In this document: piece by piece, positions 17,535-25,704 of the stretch
Position numbering within the stretch: position 1 is the first letter of the stretch
Layout of the letters: the number at the start of each line of letters is the position of its first letter
Source: Dehalococcoidia bacterium
Lineage (GTDB): Bacteria > Chloroflexota > Dehalococcoidia > Lucifugimonadales > UBA1123
Direction of reading: 5' to 3'
Assembly: GCA_965197695.1 (NCBI GenBank)
Contig: OZ240222.1
Location: 2,932,108 to 2,996,107, forward strand
Length of the DNA: 64,000 nt
Made by a program: the position numbers and the translations under genes
The notes under the pieces: generated by a model
What the model was told of the DNA's origin: nothing
Database searches by the model: none
Seen by the model: the letters and a program-made list of their open reading frames with translations, nothing else

Positions 17535-17564
17535 TTGACCAGTATTGGTGGCCTATGATAGCTT
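17535..17564 (+). promoter_or_regulatory. promoter candidate for the hppA leader
   Basis: TTGACC (17535-17540), 18-nt spacer, TAGCTT (17559-17564), preceded by TGa (extended -10). Confidence 0.35.
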
Positions 17565-17593
17565 TTCGATGATATCAACACCTGAAAATTTGC

Positions 17594-17623
17594 GGCCTCC
17601 CGGTGGCCAGGGAGGCCTTTTTT
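17594..17623 (+). terminator. intrinsic terminator / attenuator hairpin immediately upstream of hppA
   Basis: GGCCTCCC (17594-17601) / GGGAGGCC (17610-17617), 8-nt loop, then TTTTTT (17618-17623). SD GGAGG is at 17626-17630 and ATG at 17637. Confidence 0.65.
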
Positions 17624-17636
17624 ATGGAGGCTCACA

Positions 17637-19676
17637 ATGAACATCCTGCTCCTGTCCATCGCGGCCGGTGTCGTCGCCCTCGGATTCGCGGCCATACTGA
17701 CCAGTCGAATCCTGAAATCGGACGAGGGTAGCGACGAGGTGCGCTTCATTGGTAACGCAATTCGAGAAGGGGCGATGGCCTTCCTCGCCCGCGAATATCG
17801 GATGCTCGCCGTCTTCGTGTTCGGCGTCTTCATCGTCCTGGCCGTATTCATAGATTATGATGTTCTCGACAAGATGGAGCGCGACGCGGCTGGCGTGCCC
17901 GCCACCGCGCTGTCATATCTGGCAGGCGCTATCGGTTCAGGGCTGGCGGGATTCATCGGCATGAGCATAGCCGTGCGCGCCAATACACGCACCACCGTCC
18001 AGGCGCAGCGCGGTCTGAACTCCGCACTCAGGGTCGCGTTCAACTCCGGCTCCGTCATGGGCGTCAGCGTTGTCGGCATCGGTCTGATCGGGATAACCGC
18101 CGTGTACCTGATCTTCCAGGATATTACGGTCGTCGCCGGATTCGGGTTTGGCGCATCTTCGATAGCGCTCTTCGCAAGAGTCGGCGGGGGGATCTACACC
18201 AAGGCCGCCGACGTCGGTGCCGATCTCGTCGGCAAGATCGAGCAGGGCCTCGATGAGGACGACCCCCGGAACCCGGCCACGGTGGCTGACAACGTCGGCG
18301 ACAATGTCGGCGACGTCGCCGGTATGGGCGCGGACCTCTTCGAAAGCTATACAGGCTCGATCATCGCCACTATCGCGCTTGGGGTCGCCGGTGTGGCCGC
18401 GCTTGGAGTGGCTAAGCCCGGAACGTTCGACGCAGAGATTCTCGTCCTCCCGATGTTGATCGCCACAATCGGAATCTTCGCGTCGATAATCGGCACATTC
18501 TTGGTGCGGACCAGGGAAGGGGCCTCGATGGGCTCCCTGCTGTGGTCGCTGAGGTTCGGGATATTCGGCGCGGGCATCCTTGTACTCGTGGGAACAGCGG
18601 TCGCGCTCATAGTCCTCGAGATGGACTTCAACCTGTTCTGGGTGGTTCTCGCGGGCCTTGTCGCCGGTCAGATAATAGGAACGGCGTCAGAGATCTATAC
18701 CAGCTACGAATACAAGTTCACGCGAGACATCGCGGACCAGGCGCTGACCGGCCCGGCTACCGTGATCATTAGTGGGCTGGGGCTGGGAATGGTAAGCACC
18801 CTGATACCGGCGGTTGTTGTCGTTGTGGCGATGTGGATCGCGAACGACCTGGCCGGCACCTACGGCGTCGCGCTGGCCGCGGTCGGAATGCTGTCCACGC
18901 TGGGGATCACGCTGGCCACCGATGCGTACGGCCCGGTCGCCGACAACGCGGGCGGCATCGCCGAGCAGGCTGGTCTCGACCCTTCGGTACGAGAGCGGAC
19001 GGACGCTCTCGATTCCCTCGGCAACACGACGGCAGCCACTGGCAAGGGATTTGCGATCGGATCGGCTGTGTTGACGGCATTGGCTCTGATGGCGGCGTAC
19101 TCCGCGGTAACAGGTGCTGACGCGTTCGATCTTCGTGACATCAACGTCTTGATGGGCTTGCTGGTCGGGGCGCTGATGCCGTTCCTCTTCGGGGCGCTCA
19201 CCATGCAGGCCGTGGCCCGGACGGCTAACGCCATGGTCCAGGAGGTGCGCCGCCAGTTCCGGGAGATCCCCGGACTGCTGGAAGGCACCGCTCCGGCGGA
19301 CTACACCCGCGCGGTGGACATCAGCACAAGAGGCGCCATGAAGGAGATGGTGCTTCCGGGTGTGCTGGCGATCGTGGCGCCCGTAGCGGTAGGCGCCATT
19401 CTCGGCGCGGAAGCATTGGGCGGCCTGCTGATCGGGTCTATCTCGTCGGGCTTCCTCCTTGCGATCATGATGGCGAACGCCGGCGGTGCATGGGACAACG
19501 CGAAGAAGTACATCGAAGCCGGGGCCCACGGTGGCAAGGGTTCTGACCCACACGCCGCCGCGGTTGTCGGCGACACGGTCGGCGACCCCTTCAAGGACAC
19601 GTCCGGGCCATCGCTGAACATTCTGATCAAGCTGATGAGCATCGTAGCCCTGGTATTCGCGCCGCTATTCCTCTAG
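17637..19676 (+). CDS. hppA: membrane-bound ion-translocating pyrophosphatase (K+-dependent type by motif)
   Basis: 679 aa, polytopic. Motifs [25 protein letters not shown] and [16 protein letters not shown] are typical of M-PPases. Confidence 0.93.
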   Translation: MNILLLSIAAGVVALGFAAILTSRILKSDEGSDEVRFIGNAIREGAMAFLAREYRMLAVFVFGVFIVLAVFIDYDVLDKMERDAAGVPATALSYLAGAIGSGLAGFIGMSIAVRANTRTTVQAQRGLNSALRVAFNSGSVMGVSVVGIGLIGITAVYLIFQDITVVAGFGFGASSIALFARVGGGIYTKAADVGADLVGKIEQGLDEDDPRNPATVADNVGDNVGDVAGMGADLFESYTGSIIATIALGVAGVAALGVAKPGTFDAEILVLPMLIATIGIFASIIGTFLVRTREGASMGSLLWSLRFGIFGAGILVLVGTAVALIVLEMDFNLFWVVLAGLVAGQIIGTASEIYTSYEYKFTRDIADQALTGPATVIISGLGLGMVSTLIPAVVVVVAMWIANDLAGTYGVALAAVGMLSTLGITLATDAYGPVADNAGGIAEQAGLDPSVRERTDALDSLGNTTAATGKGFAIGSAVLTALALMAAYSAVTGADAFDLRDINVLMGLLVGALMPFLFGALTMQAVARTANAMVQEVRRQFREIPGLLEGTAPADYTRAVDISTRGAMKEMVLPGVLAIVAPVAVGAILGAEALGGLLIGSISSGFLLAIMMANAGGAWDNAKKYIEAGAHGGKGSDPHAAAVVGDTVGDPFKDTSGPSLNILIKLMSIVALVFAPLFL

Positions 19677-19731
19677 TCAGCGTCCAGTCCACCCCGCGAC
19701 ATGGTACGATATACCCCAATATGCGCTCATT

Positions 19732-19814
19732 GCCCAGGTGGCGGAATGGTAGACGCGGCGGACTTAAAATCCGCTACCCGCGAGGGTGTGGGGGTTCGAG
19801 TCCCTTCCTGGGCA
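19732..19814 (+). tRNA. tRNA-Leu (anticodon TAA), no encoded CCA
   Basis: Acceptor GCCCAGG/CCTGGGC, anticodon stem GCGGA/TCCGC with loop CTTAAAA, long variable arm ACCC-GCGA-GGGT, T loop TTCGAGT (the T stem has two G-T pairs). Confidence 0.85.
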
Positions 19815-19849
19815 CTCTCCGGCCCTTTCCGCAATTTCTCATTCCCCCG

Positions 19850-20695
19850 CTAAGATGGCGACGCGATTCCGAACAGCTGTCTCTTCCGCGCATGAAGGAA
19901 TCGGGTAGCCACGAAGGTGAGCGGCTTCCGGGCGGATGTGAAGTTGTCCTTCAACGCGGAGAACACCGACGCCAGCTCCAACGTTCGGGATGCCGGATGT
20001 TCTTGCGCGAGACCGTAGAACCGGCATCCCTCTCTTTCGTAGTCCTCCAATGTTCTCCGGACACGCCACCTGCTGCCAGTGGGTACCGGGCCCCCTCGTG
20101 ACGGACGCTGATGGCTTGGACCGGCGCTGTCCGGGAAAACCCCGGACAGAAACAGGCAGACGTCCGCGATTCTCTTGTAGTATCCGAACCGCTGCTCGAA
20201 GTCGGCGTTCGCGGCGAACCTCACAAGACTGTCAATGTCCATGTCGTTGTAACGTATCCGGCGACGGATGCCCTTTCTGATTCGGACCGGAACGACATAG
20301 CTACGGATCCGCGTGAACGAGGCCATCATCGCGGCCAGGTACTCCACAACTCCGGGCCGGTCCATGAACTCCAACACGCTCGGAGTGTCGAAGACCGGGA
20401 TTGATGCTCGACCCTCTCGCTCCTCGGTGTACAAGGCGGTCTCGAGTTCCCGGTAAGAGCGCCGGAGCAGGACTTCGAAGTAGAGCGCCGGCGATATGTG
20501 CAGGAATATCTCCTCATCGTTCAAAATGCGGTCGAGCAGGGAGTCATCTCCGATTGCGGCTGCCCTGAACTGCGGGTCCTCGACGATAAGACGCCTGAGG
20601 GCAGTGGTGTCGGAGGTCCCGGACGCGATGTTGTCGATCACGAAGTCTAGGTCGCTCTCGCTGAAGTTGGGCCACCGGGCGTCTGGGTTCAGCAT
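19850..20695 (-). CDS. hypothetical protein
   Basis: 281 aa from ATG 20695 (AGGAGG upstream); the track ORF extends to 20845. I recognise no family motif. Confidence 0.55.
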   Translation of the reverse strand: MLNPDARWPNFSESDLDFVIDNIASGTSDTTALRRLIVEDPQFRAAAIGDDSLLDRILNDEEIFLHISPALYFEVLLRRSYRELETALYTEEREGRASIPVFDTPSVLEFMDRPGVVEYLAAMMASFTRIRSYVVPVRIRKGIRRRIRYNDMDIDSLVRFAANADFEQRFGYYKRIADVCLFLSGVFPDSAGPSHQRPSRGGPVPTGSRWRVRRTLEDYEREGCRFYGLAQEHPASRTLELASVFSALKDNFTSARKPLTFVATRFLHARKRQLFGIASPS

Positions 20696-20969
20696 CGACG
20701 GTCTCCTCCTGGTGCATATGCCAATACTACTCGCACTCATGAGAGCGTGCGTTAGCGGTCTAATGGTAATACGCCTGTCAAATTGGGACGACACAACATC
20801 GACCCCATACGCAAGTCGTGTATGATTCCGTCCGGATATTTGCAAGGGAGGGCCGACGATAATCCGCAGAGCATGGTTCCCAAGACCTCAGACGTTCGAC
20901 GCGTGGATCGCCCACCGCGACTACCGGTTCCTGTGGGTCGGAAATTTCTTCGCCAACACCGCCCATTGG

Positions 20970-22121
20970 TTGCAGCTTCTGACCCTGGGTTGGCTGGTGC
21001 AGCATTTGACCCAGGGGTCAGGGTCTTCGGTGTTGCTGGTTGTCGGAGTCGGGGGCGTCAGCACACTGCCCGGTCTGATCGTCGGCCCGTTGGGAGGGGT
21101 GCTGGGCGACAGGACCGATCGCAGGAAGCTGATAATGTCTATTCAGGCGTTCATGGCGGTTTTTGCATTTGGGTTCGCATGTATGGTGGCGTTGAATGTG
21201 ATTGCAGTGTGGCATGTCTTCGCCTATGCGGTTGTGAGCGGCGCCTGCCTGTCCATCACCCAGCCGCTGCAACAGGCATTGATCGCCAACACCGTTCCGG
21301 CAAATATGCTGGGGAACGCCTACGCCACAAATGTGCTGACCATACCCGGGACCCGGGCTATCGGACCGTTTATCGGCGGAGTCCTGGTCGCCACACTCGG
21401 CTTCTTCTGGAACTTCACGATCGAGTCACTGCTGTACGTGGGAATGATCCTGGCGTTCCTGCCCATGCGTACACCGTATGCGAACTCTCGCAGCCTGCCG
21501 ACCGGCAGACTGTTGGGAGGAGTATTCGAGGACCTTGCGGAAGGGTTCAGATACACATGGTCCGGTAACCGCGTCCTGTTCCTTCTGATCACCCTGATGG
21601 TCGTTCCGAACGTGATACTTCAGCCCATAATCTTCATGCTCCCCGTCTTCACGGACGAAGTGCTCCGGCGGGGGGCGGACGTTGGCGGGTTCATGCTGGC
21701 GATCAACGGTCTTGGCGGCCTCATCATAGCGCTGGCGATCGCGTCGTTCGGGTTCTTCCTGCGGCGAGGGATGGTGTGCCTCGTCACCGCGATCGGAAGC
21801 TCGCTATTGGCGCTGGCCTTGACACAGGCGGTGTGGCTGCCGGTGGCCCTGCTGTTCATAGCGGTGTTCGCCGCGAGCCAAACAGCGTACAGGACAACGG
21901 CCGGGACGTTGACGCAGACGTTGTCGCCGGACCACCTCAGAGGTCGAATCACCAGCCTTCAGCGAATCGGCCAGGGGTTCGTCGTGGTGTCCAGCCTGCT
22001 CGTCGGATGGTTCGCCGGCGTCACGTCGGTGACGTGGGCGTTGGCGGCGATGGGAGTAGCGGGGCTCGCGGTGTCCCTACCCTACCTGGTGTTTGCATCC
22101 AGGTTGAAGGAGCAGGAATAA
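20970..22121 (+). CDS. MFS transporter (EntS/MFS_3-like); true N-terminus probably upstream
   Basis: Polytopic, with GVLGDRTDRRK loop motif. The same frame upstream of TTG 20970 encodes FDAWIAHRDYRFLWVGNFFANTAHW, a typical MFS_3 N-terminus, but has no ATG/GTG/TTG back to the stop at 20823. Confidence 0.8.
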   Translation: MQLLTLGWLVQHLTQGSGSSVLLVVGVGGVSTLPGLIVGPLGGVLGDRTDRRKLIMSIQAFMAVFAFGFACMVALNVIAVWHVFAYAVVSGACLSITQPLQQALIANTVPANMLGNAYATNVLTIPGTRAIGPFIGGVLVATLGFFWNFTIESLLYVGMILAFLPMRTPYANSRSLPTGRLLGGVFEDLAEGFRYTWSGNRVLFLLITLMVVPNVILQPIIFMLPVFTDEVLRRGADVGGFMLAINGLGGLIIALAIASFGFFLRRGMVCLVTAIGSSLLALALTQAVWLPVALLFIAVFAASQTAYRTTAGTLTQTLSPDHLRGRITSLQRIGQGFVVVSSLLVGWFAGVTSVTWALAAMGVAGLAVSLPYLVFASRLKEQE

Positions 22122-22186
22122 CGTTGGGTTCTCCCGGCTAGATCCAGGAATGCCGGAATGCTGGATATCTCGGGAGCTCGCAGACG

Positions 22187-23104
22187 TTAGAAGCGCGCCA
22201 GCGACCGCTTGGCCTCGTGAGTCATCTCGTACTGACGTGGCCGCCTGTCCCCAAGCTCCTTGACACCGCGCTTCTCCATGAAAGGGAGAACGTCCCTTCT
22301 GAAGATGATCCCAAATGTTGGGCCATCGGCCGCTGATAGCGAGTGACCTGGGAAGTTGGTGCGGATCGTCTGCTGACAATCGGTGCTCTTGAACTTGCCT
22401 ACCGGCATGTCGCGAATCAGCTGCAGCGCAATCCTCTCCGTCACGGTCATGTCGCGGTGCGCCCTGATATTGGGCGGCGGCTCGTCTGTGGACCCTGAGC
22501 TTGGCTCCTGATCAGGTTCCGGATCGGAGTCCTGTGGCTCCGCGATCGCATCTTCCTGTTTAGGCGTGTCATCCGGGATCGGGGCGAATCTGTCCACAAT
22601 GTGGACGTATTTCTGCGGGAAGAATTCCTGAAGCAGATTCGATTTGGTATCGATCCTGTCAGTCAGAACCCAGAGGAATGGGACACGGTGGCCCGTAGGC
22701 GACTCATGGGGTTCGGCGCTGACCTCTTCGGCGAGCTTCGCGTACAGAGAGATGAAATCGCTATCGTCGCTGATTACGGCAACGTGGCTGACTCGCTTGT
22801 GGTTGAAGTCGCTGATTGCGTCCACGGCGATTGCCATATCGGCCGCATTTTTGGTGGCTGCCAGGCTGTAGTGCTGCACGCCCTTGACGGTCACTTCGAC
22901 ACTTGGGAAGGCGTCTGTCGCCCAGACTCCCCATAGATGGACATGGTCCGCCCTGACGTAGAGGTTCAGCTTACCCGGAGGAGGCATACGATCCGGCCAG
23001 CGCCGGATCAGCGAGAGGAGAACGACCCGCGATATTTCCTGAAGATTCTGGATGTCTGCATAGATTCCGGTACATTCTTGGGGTGAATTAGTTGTATCTA
23101 CCAT
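22187..23104 (-). CDS. NYN-domain (LabA/DUF88-like) protein with an uncharacterised C-terminal domain
   Basis: 305 aa. KNAADMAIAVDA...VAVISDDSDFISL are the NYN/PIN-like acidic motifs. An acidic low-complexity linker follows, then an approximately 90 aa C-terminal domain. Confidence 0.7.
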   Translation of the reverse strand: MVDTTNSPQECTGIYADIQNLQEISRVVLLSLIRRWPDRMPPPGKLNLYVRADHVHLWGVWATDAFPSVEVTVKGVQHYSLAATKNAADMAIAVDAISDFNHKRVSHVAVISDDSDFISLYAKLAEEVSAEPHESPTGHRVPFLWVLTDRIDTKSNLLQEFFPQKYVHIVDRFAPIPDDTPKQEDAIAEPQDSDPEPDQEPSSGSTDEPPPNIRAHRDMTVTERIALQLIRDMPVGKFKSTDCQQTIRTNFPGHSLSAADGPTFGIIFRRDVLPFMEKRGVKELGDRRPRQYEMTHEAKRSLARF

Positions 23105-23109
23105 GCAAC

Positions 23110-23158
23110 GATTCTAACAGCATTGAGAGTAAATTCACAAGCTGTCACTGTTAGAATC
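23110..23158. repeat. perfect 11-bp inverted repeat GATTCTAACAG / CTGTTAGAATC (27-nt spacer)
   Basis: Arms at 23110-23120 and 23148-23158. The left arm contains the -10 of the NYN gene promoter. Confidence 0.85.
23111..23140 (-). promoter_or_regulatory. promoter candidate giving a leaderless NYN mRNA
   Basis: The minus strand reads TTGTGA (23140-23135), 18 nt, TGt-TAGAAT (-10 at 23116-23111), then 6 nt and ATG (23104). Confidence 0.45.
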
Positions 23159-23243
23159 ACAGCACTCGACCCATGCCATCGGCCCTACATCGGCTTCGTA
23201 TTTCAGCGTGACAGTGGGCTTGAGGCACTTCTCGCACCGGGGA

Positions 23244-24209
23244 TCAGATGGTCTCAACCAGAGTCGCACCCTCGAACATGGCGCCCACTGACATTCCACT
23301 GTGGATGCGGTGGATGGCCTCGCCGAGGATCGCGGCTACCGAGATCTTTCGTGTCTTTGAGCCAAGTTTATCGCCTCCGATGGGCAGCGAATCGGTCACG
23401 GCCATCTCGGTGATCGGACTACGCTGGATGAGCTGCGGAGCCTGACCGCAAAGTACGCCGTGGGTGACCGCGCAATAGACGTCGCGCGCTCCGTGCTCCA
23501 CGAGCGCGTTGGCGGCGGCTACAACCGTACCGCCGGTCGAGACCTCGTCATCTACGATTATCGCCGTTTTACCGGATACCTCACCGATGACTTCGTCCGC
23601 CACTACCGTGTCGGTGTTGCCCTTCCTCCGCTTCTGAACGACGGCTATGTCAGCGTCGATGATATCCGCGGTCACCCTGGCGCGTTTGGCGCCGCCTACG
23701 TCTGTGGCGGTTACGACTACGTCGTCGCTATTTGGGAAGTGGCGCGCCAACATCGGGATGGCGGTCAGCTCATCCACCGGAATTCTGAAGAACCCCTGGA
23801 TCTGGCCTGCGTGAAGATCGAGGGTCAACACCCTGTCCGCGCCGGCCACCTCGATCATGGAGGCCACGAGGCGGGCTGTGATCGGCACTCTCGGCTGGTC
23901 TTTCTTGTCGCTCCGACCGTAAGCGTAGTAAGGCAGCACCGCGGTGATCCGACCGGCGGACGCGCGCTTGGCGGCATCCAGCATGATCAGAAACTCCATG
24001 ATGCGATCATTGACCGGAGCGCTGAAGGGCTGGACGATGAACACATCCCTTTCCCGCACGTTCTCCAGGATCTTTACGAACGTGTTGTCGTTGGGGAACT
24101 TGAATACATCTATGTTCCCGGGTTGAATGCCCAGGTAGCTGCAAATGTCCCGGGCCAACTGTGGGTGGGCATTGCCGGTGAATACTTTGAGGTCCTCGGC
24201 AATCGGCAT
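23244..24209 (-). CDS. prs: ribose-phosphate pyrophosphokinase
   Basis: 321 aa. LKVFTGNAHPQLA N-terminus and the PRPP-binding loop AIIVDDEVSTGGT. Confidence 0.93.
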   Translation of the reverse strand: MPIAEDLKVFTGNAHPQLARDICSYLGIQPGNIDVFKFPNDNTFVKILENVRERDVFIVQPFSAPVNDRIMEFLIMLDAAKRASAGRITAVLPYYAYGRSDKKDQPRVPITARLVASMIEVAGADRVLTLDLHAGQIQGFFRIPVDELTAIPMLARHFPNSDDVVVTATDVGGAKRARVTADIIDADIAVVQKRRKGNTDTVVADEVIGEVSGKTAIIVDDEVSTGGTVVAAANALVEHGARDVYCAVTHGVLCGQAPQLIQRSPITEMAVTDSLPIGGDKLGSKTRKISVAAILGEAIHRIHSGMSVGAMFEGATLVETI

Positions 24210-24255
24210 TGCGTAACCTCCAGGGGGTTAAGTCGTCGGGTCGTGAGGCCCTGAG

Positions 24256-24264
24256 ATTGTAGCA
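24256..24264 (-). promoter_or_regulatory. extended -10 promoter candidate for prs (TGcTACAAT)
   Basis: The minus strand reads TGCTACAAT at 24264-24256, about 45 nt upstream of the prs ATG. SD GGAGG is present. Confidence 0.35.
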
Positions 24265-24421
24265 CAGAGGGCCTTGCGAATCTCAAACACAGGGTCCACA
24301 CTTTCGCGGCGCCCGCGCCCATTGTGTTACCATCTTGCACCGACCCTGATCCCGGTACTCTGGCCAAACGCCCGCGGCGCCGGGACTTCCCAGTCCATGC
24401 CTGCCGCAAGGAAACGCCGAC

Positions 24422-25672
24422 ATGGCCGACAACCTCGATCCTCCAGCCATTCCGAACCAGCCAAAGCTCCGATTGGTCGATCCTGCATGGACCATACACA
24501 TGGGGCAGCGGTTTCTATATCTGCGGGACCCGCTGGAGATGGCGGGTGGACAGGTGATGGTCCCGGAGTTTGTAGCGCCTCTCCTGATGTTCCTGGACGG
24601 ATCGAGAACCCTGGATGAGATCCGCTCGGCCCTGGCATTGCGAGTTGGTCTGTCGCTGACCGATATGGACCTGAGATCGCTGATCGGTCAGCTGGACAAG
24701 GCCTTGCTCATTGAGAATGGCGAGTATAGGGACGCTCATCGGCGTGCGCTGATCGACTTCAGATCAGCATCACACCGTCCCGCGTCACATGCCGGCGTCG
24801 TGTACCCGGAATCTCCGGCAGAGCTCGAGTCGGAAATCGAGTCGTGGTGCGCACAGTACCCCCCGGCAGAGCTCAGCCCGAGGCCGTCCGGCGACCTTGT
24901 CGGGATGCTGTGCCCGCACATCGACTACAACAGGGGCCACGCCACTTACTCCCGGCTCTGGCAACATGCCCGCGACGATCTGTCCGAGATCGAGACGATC
25001 ATCGTGTTCGGCACCGACCACCACGGCGGAATGGGCAATATCACCCTGACCCGCCAGAGCTACGCAACGCCCTACGGGACGCTCCCGACCGACATACAGG
25101 TTATCGACAGGCTGGTCGATGTCCTCGGCGACGACGCTTTCCAAGAGGAGTTGCACCACACGTCCGAACACTCGATTGAGCTGGCTTCGGTGTGGCTCCA
25201 CCACTTCGTGCGTGACGGTAGGCCGACGCTGGTCCCGATCCTCTGCGGGTCGTTCCACAGCTTCACTGTCGGCGACGATAGTCCGGATGCGGACTCGAGG
25301 ATCGTGAAATGCCTCGAAGTCCTCGGTGAGCTGATACGCGAGCGGCGGACGCTGCTGATCGCGGCGGGTGATCTGGCGCACGTCGGGCCGGCATTCGGAG
25401 ACTCACGGCCTCTGGACGCCGTGGCGAAGGCTAAATTGAGGTCTGAGGACACCGCCTCTATTGAGGCGATCTGCGACGGAGACCCGCGCCGCTTTCTGAC
25501 TCTGTCCAAGGATGAGTCGGATCGAAGAAAGATCTGTGGGCTGCCACCGATCTACCTGATGCTGCGGCTGCTCGACGGCGCGGCGGGAATCTCCATGGGA
25601 TACGATCAGTGTCCCGCGGACGCGTCGAACGGCTCTGTGGTGTCGATTGCCGGAGCGCTCCTCTACCATTGA
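24422..25672 (+). CDS. Memo-family (AmmeMemoRadiSam system protein B-like) protein with an N-terminal PqqD-like domain
   Basis: 416 aa. The C-terminal 290 aa carry Memo motifs (HAGVVYPES, CPHIDYNRG, FGTDHHG, AAGDLAHVG). The N-terminal 110 aa (PKLRLV...FLYLRDP...VAPLLMFLDGSRTLDEIRSAL...LIGQLDKALLIEN) follow the PqqD/RRE pattern. Confidence 0.7.
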   Translation: MADNLDPPAIPNQPKLRLVDPAWTIHMGQRFLYLRDPLEMAGGQVMVPEFVAPLLMFLDGSRTLDEIRSALALRVGLSLTDMDLRSLIGQLDKALLIENGEYRDAHRRALIDFRSASHRPASHAGVVYPESPAELESEIESWCAQYPPAELSPRPSGDLVGMLCPHIDYNRGHATYSRLWQHARDDLSEIETIIVFGTDHHGGMGNITLTRQSYATPYGTLPTDIQVIDRLVDVLGDDAFQEELHHTSEHSIELASVWLHHFVRDGRPTLVPILCGSFHSFTVGDDSPDADSRIVKCLEVLGELIRERRTLLIAAGDLAHVGPAFGDSRPLDAVAKAKLRSEDTASIEAICDGDPRRFLTLSKDESDRRKICGLPPIYLMLRLLDGAAGISMGYDQCPADASNGSVVSIAGALLYH

Positions 25673-25704
25673 GGTGAGACAGCTAGGAGAGGACTATTCC
25701 CGAC

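Noticed and set aside
15213-17640. A tRNA-Pro-targeted integrative element.
   Set aside because: There is no integrase or recombinase, and no duplication of the tRNA 3' end (I looked for CGATCCCGCCCACCCCGA-like sequence downstream). The first gene after the tRNA is an ordinary sugar transferase.
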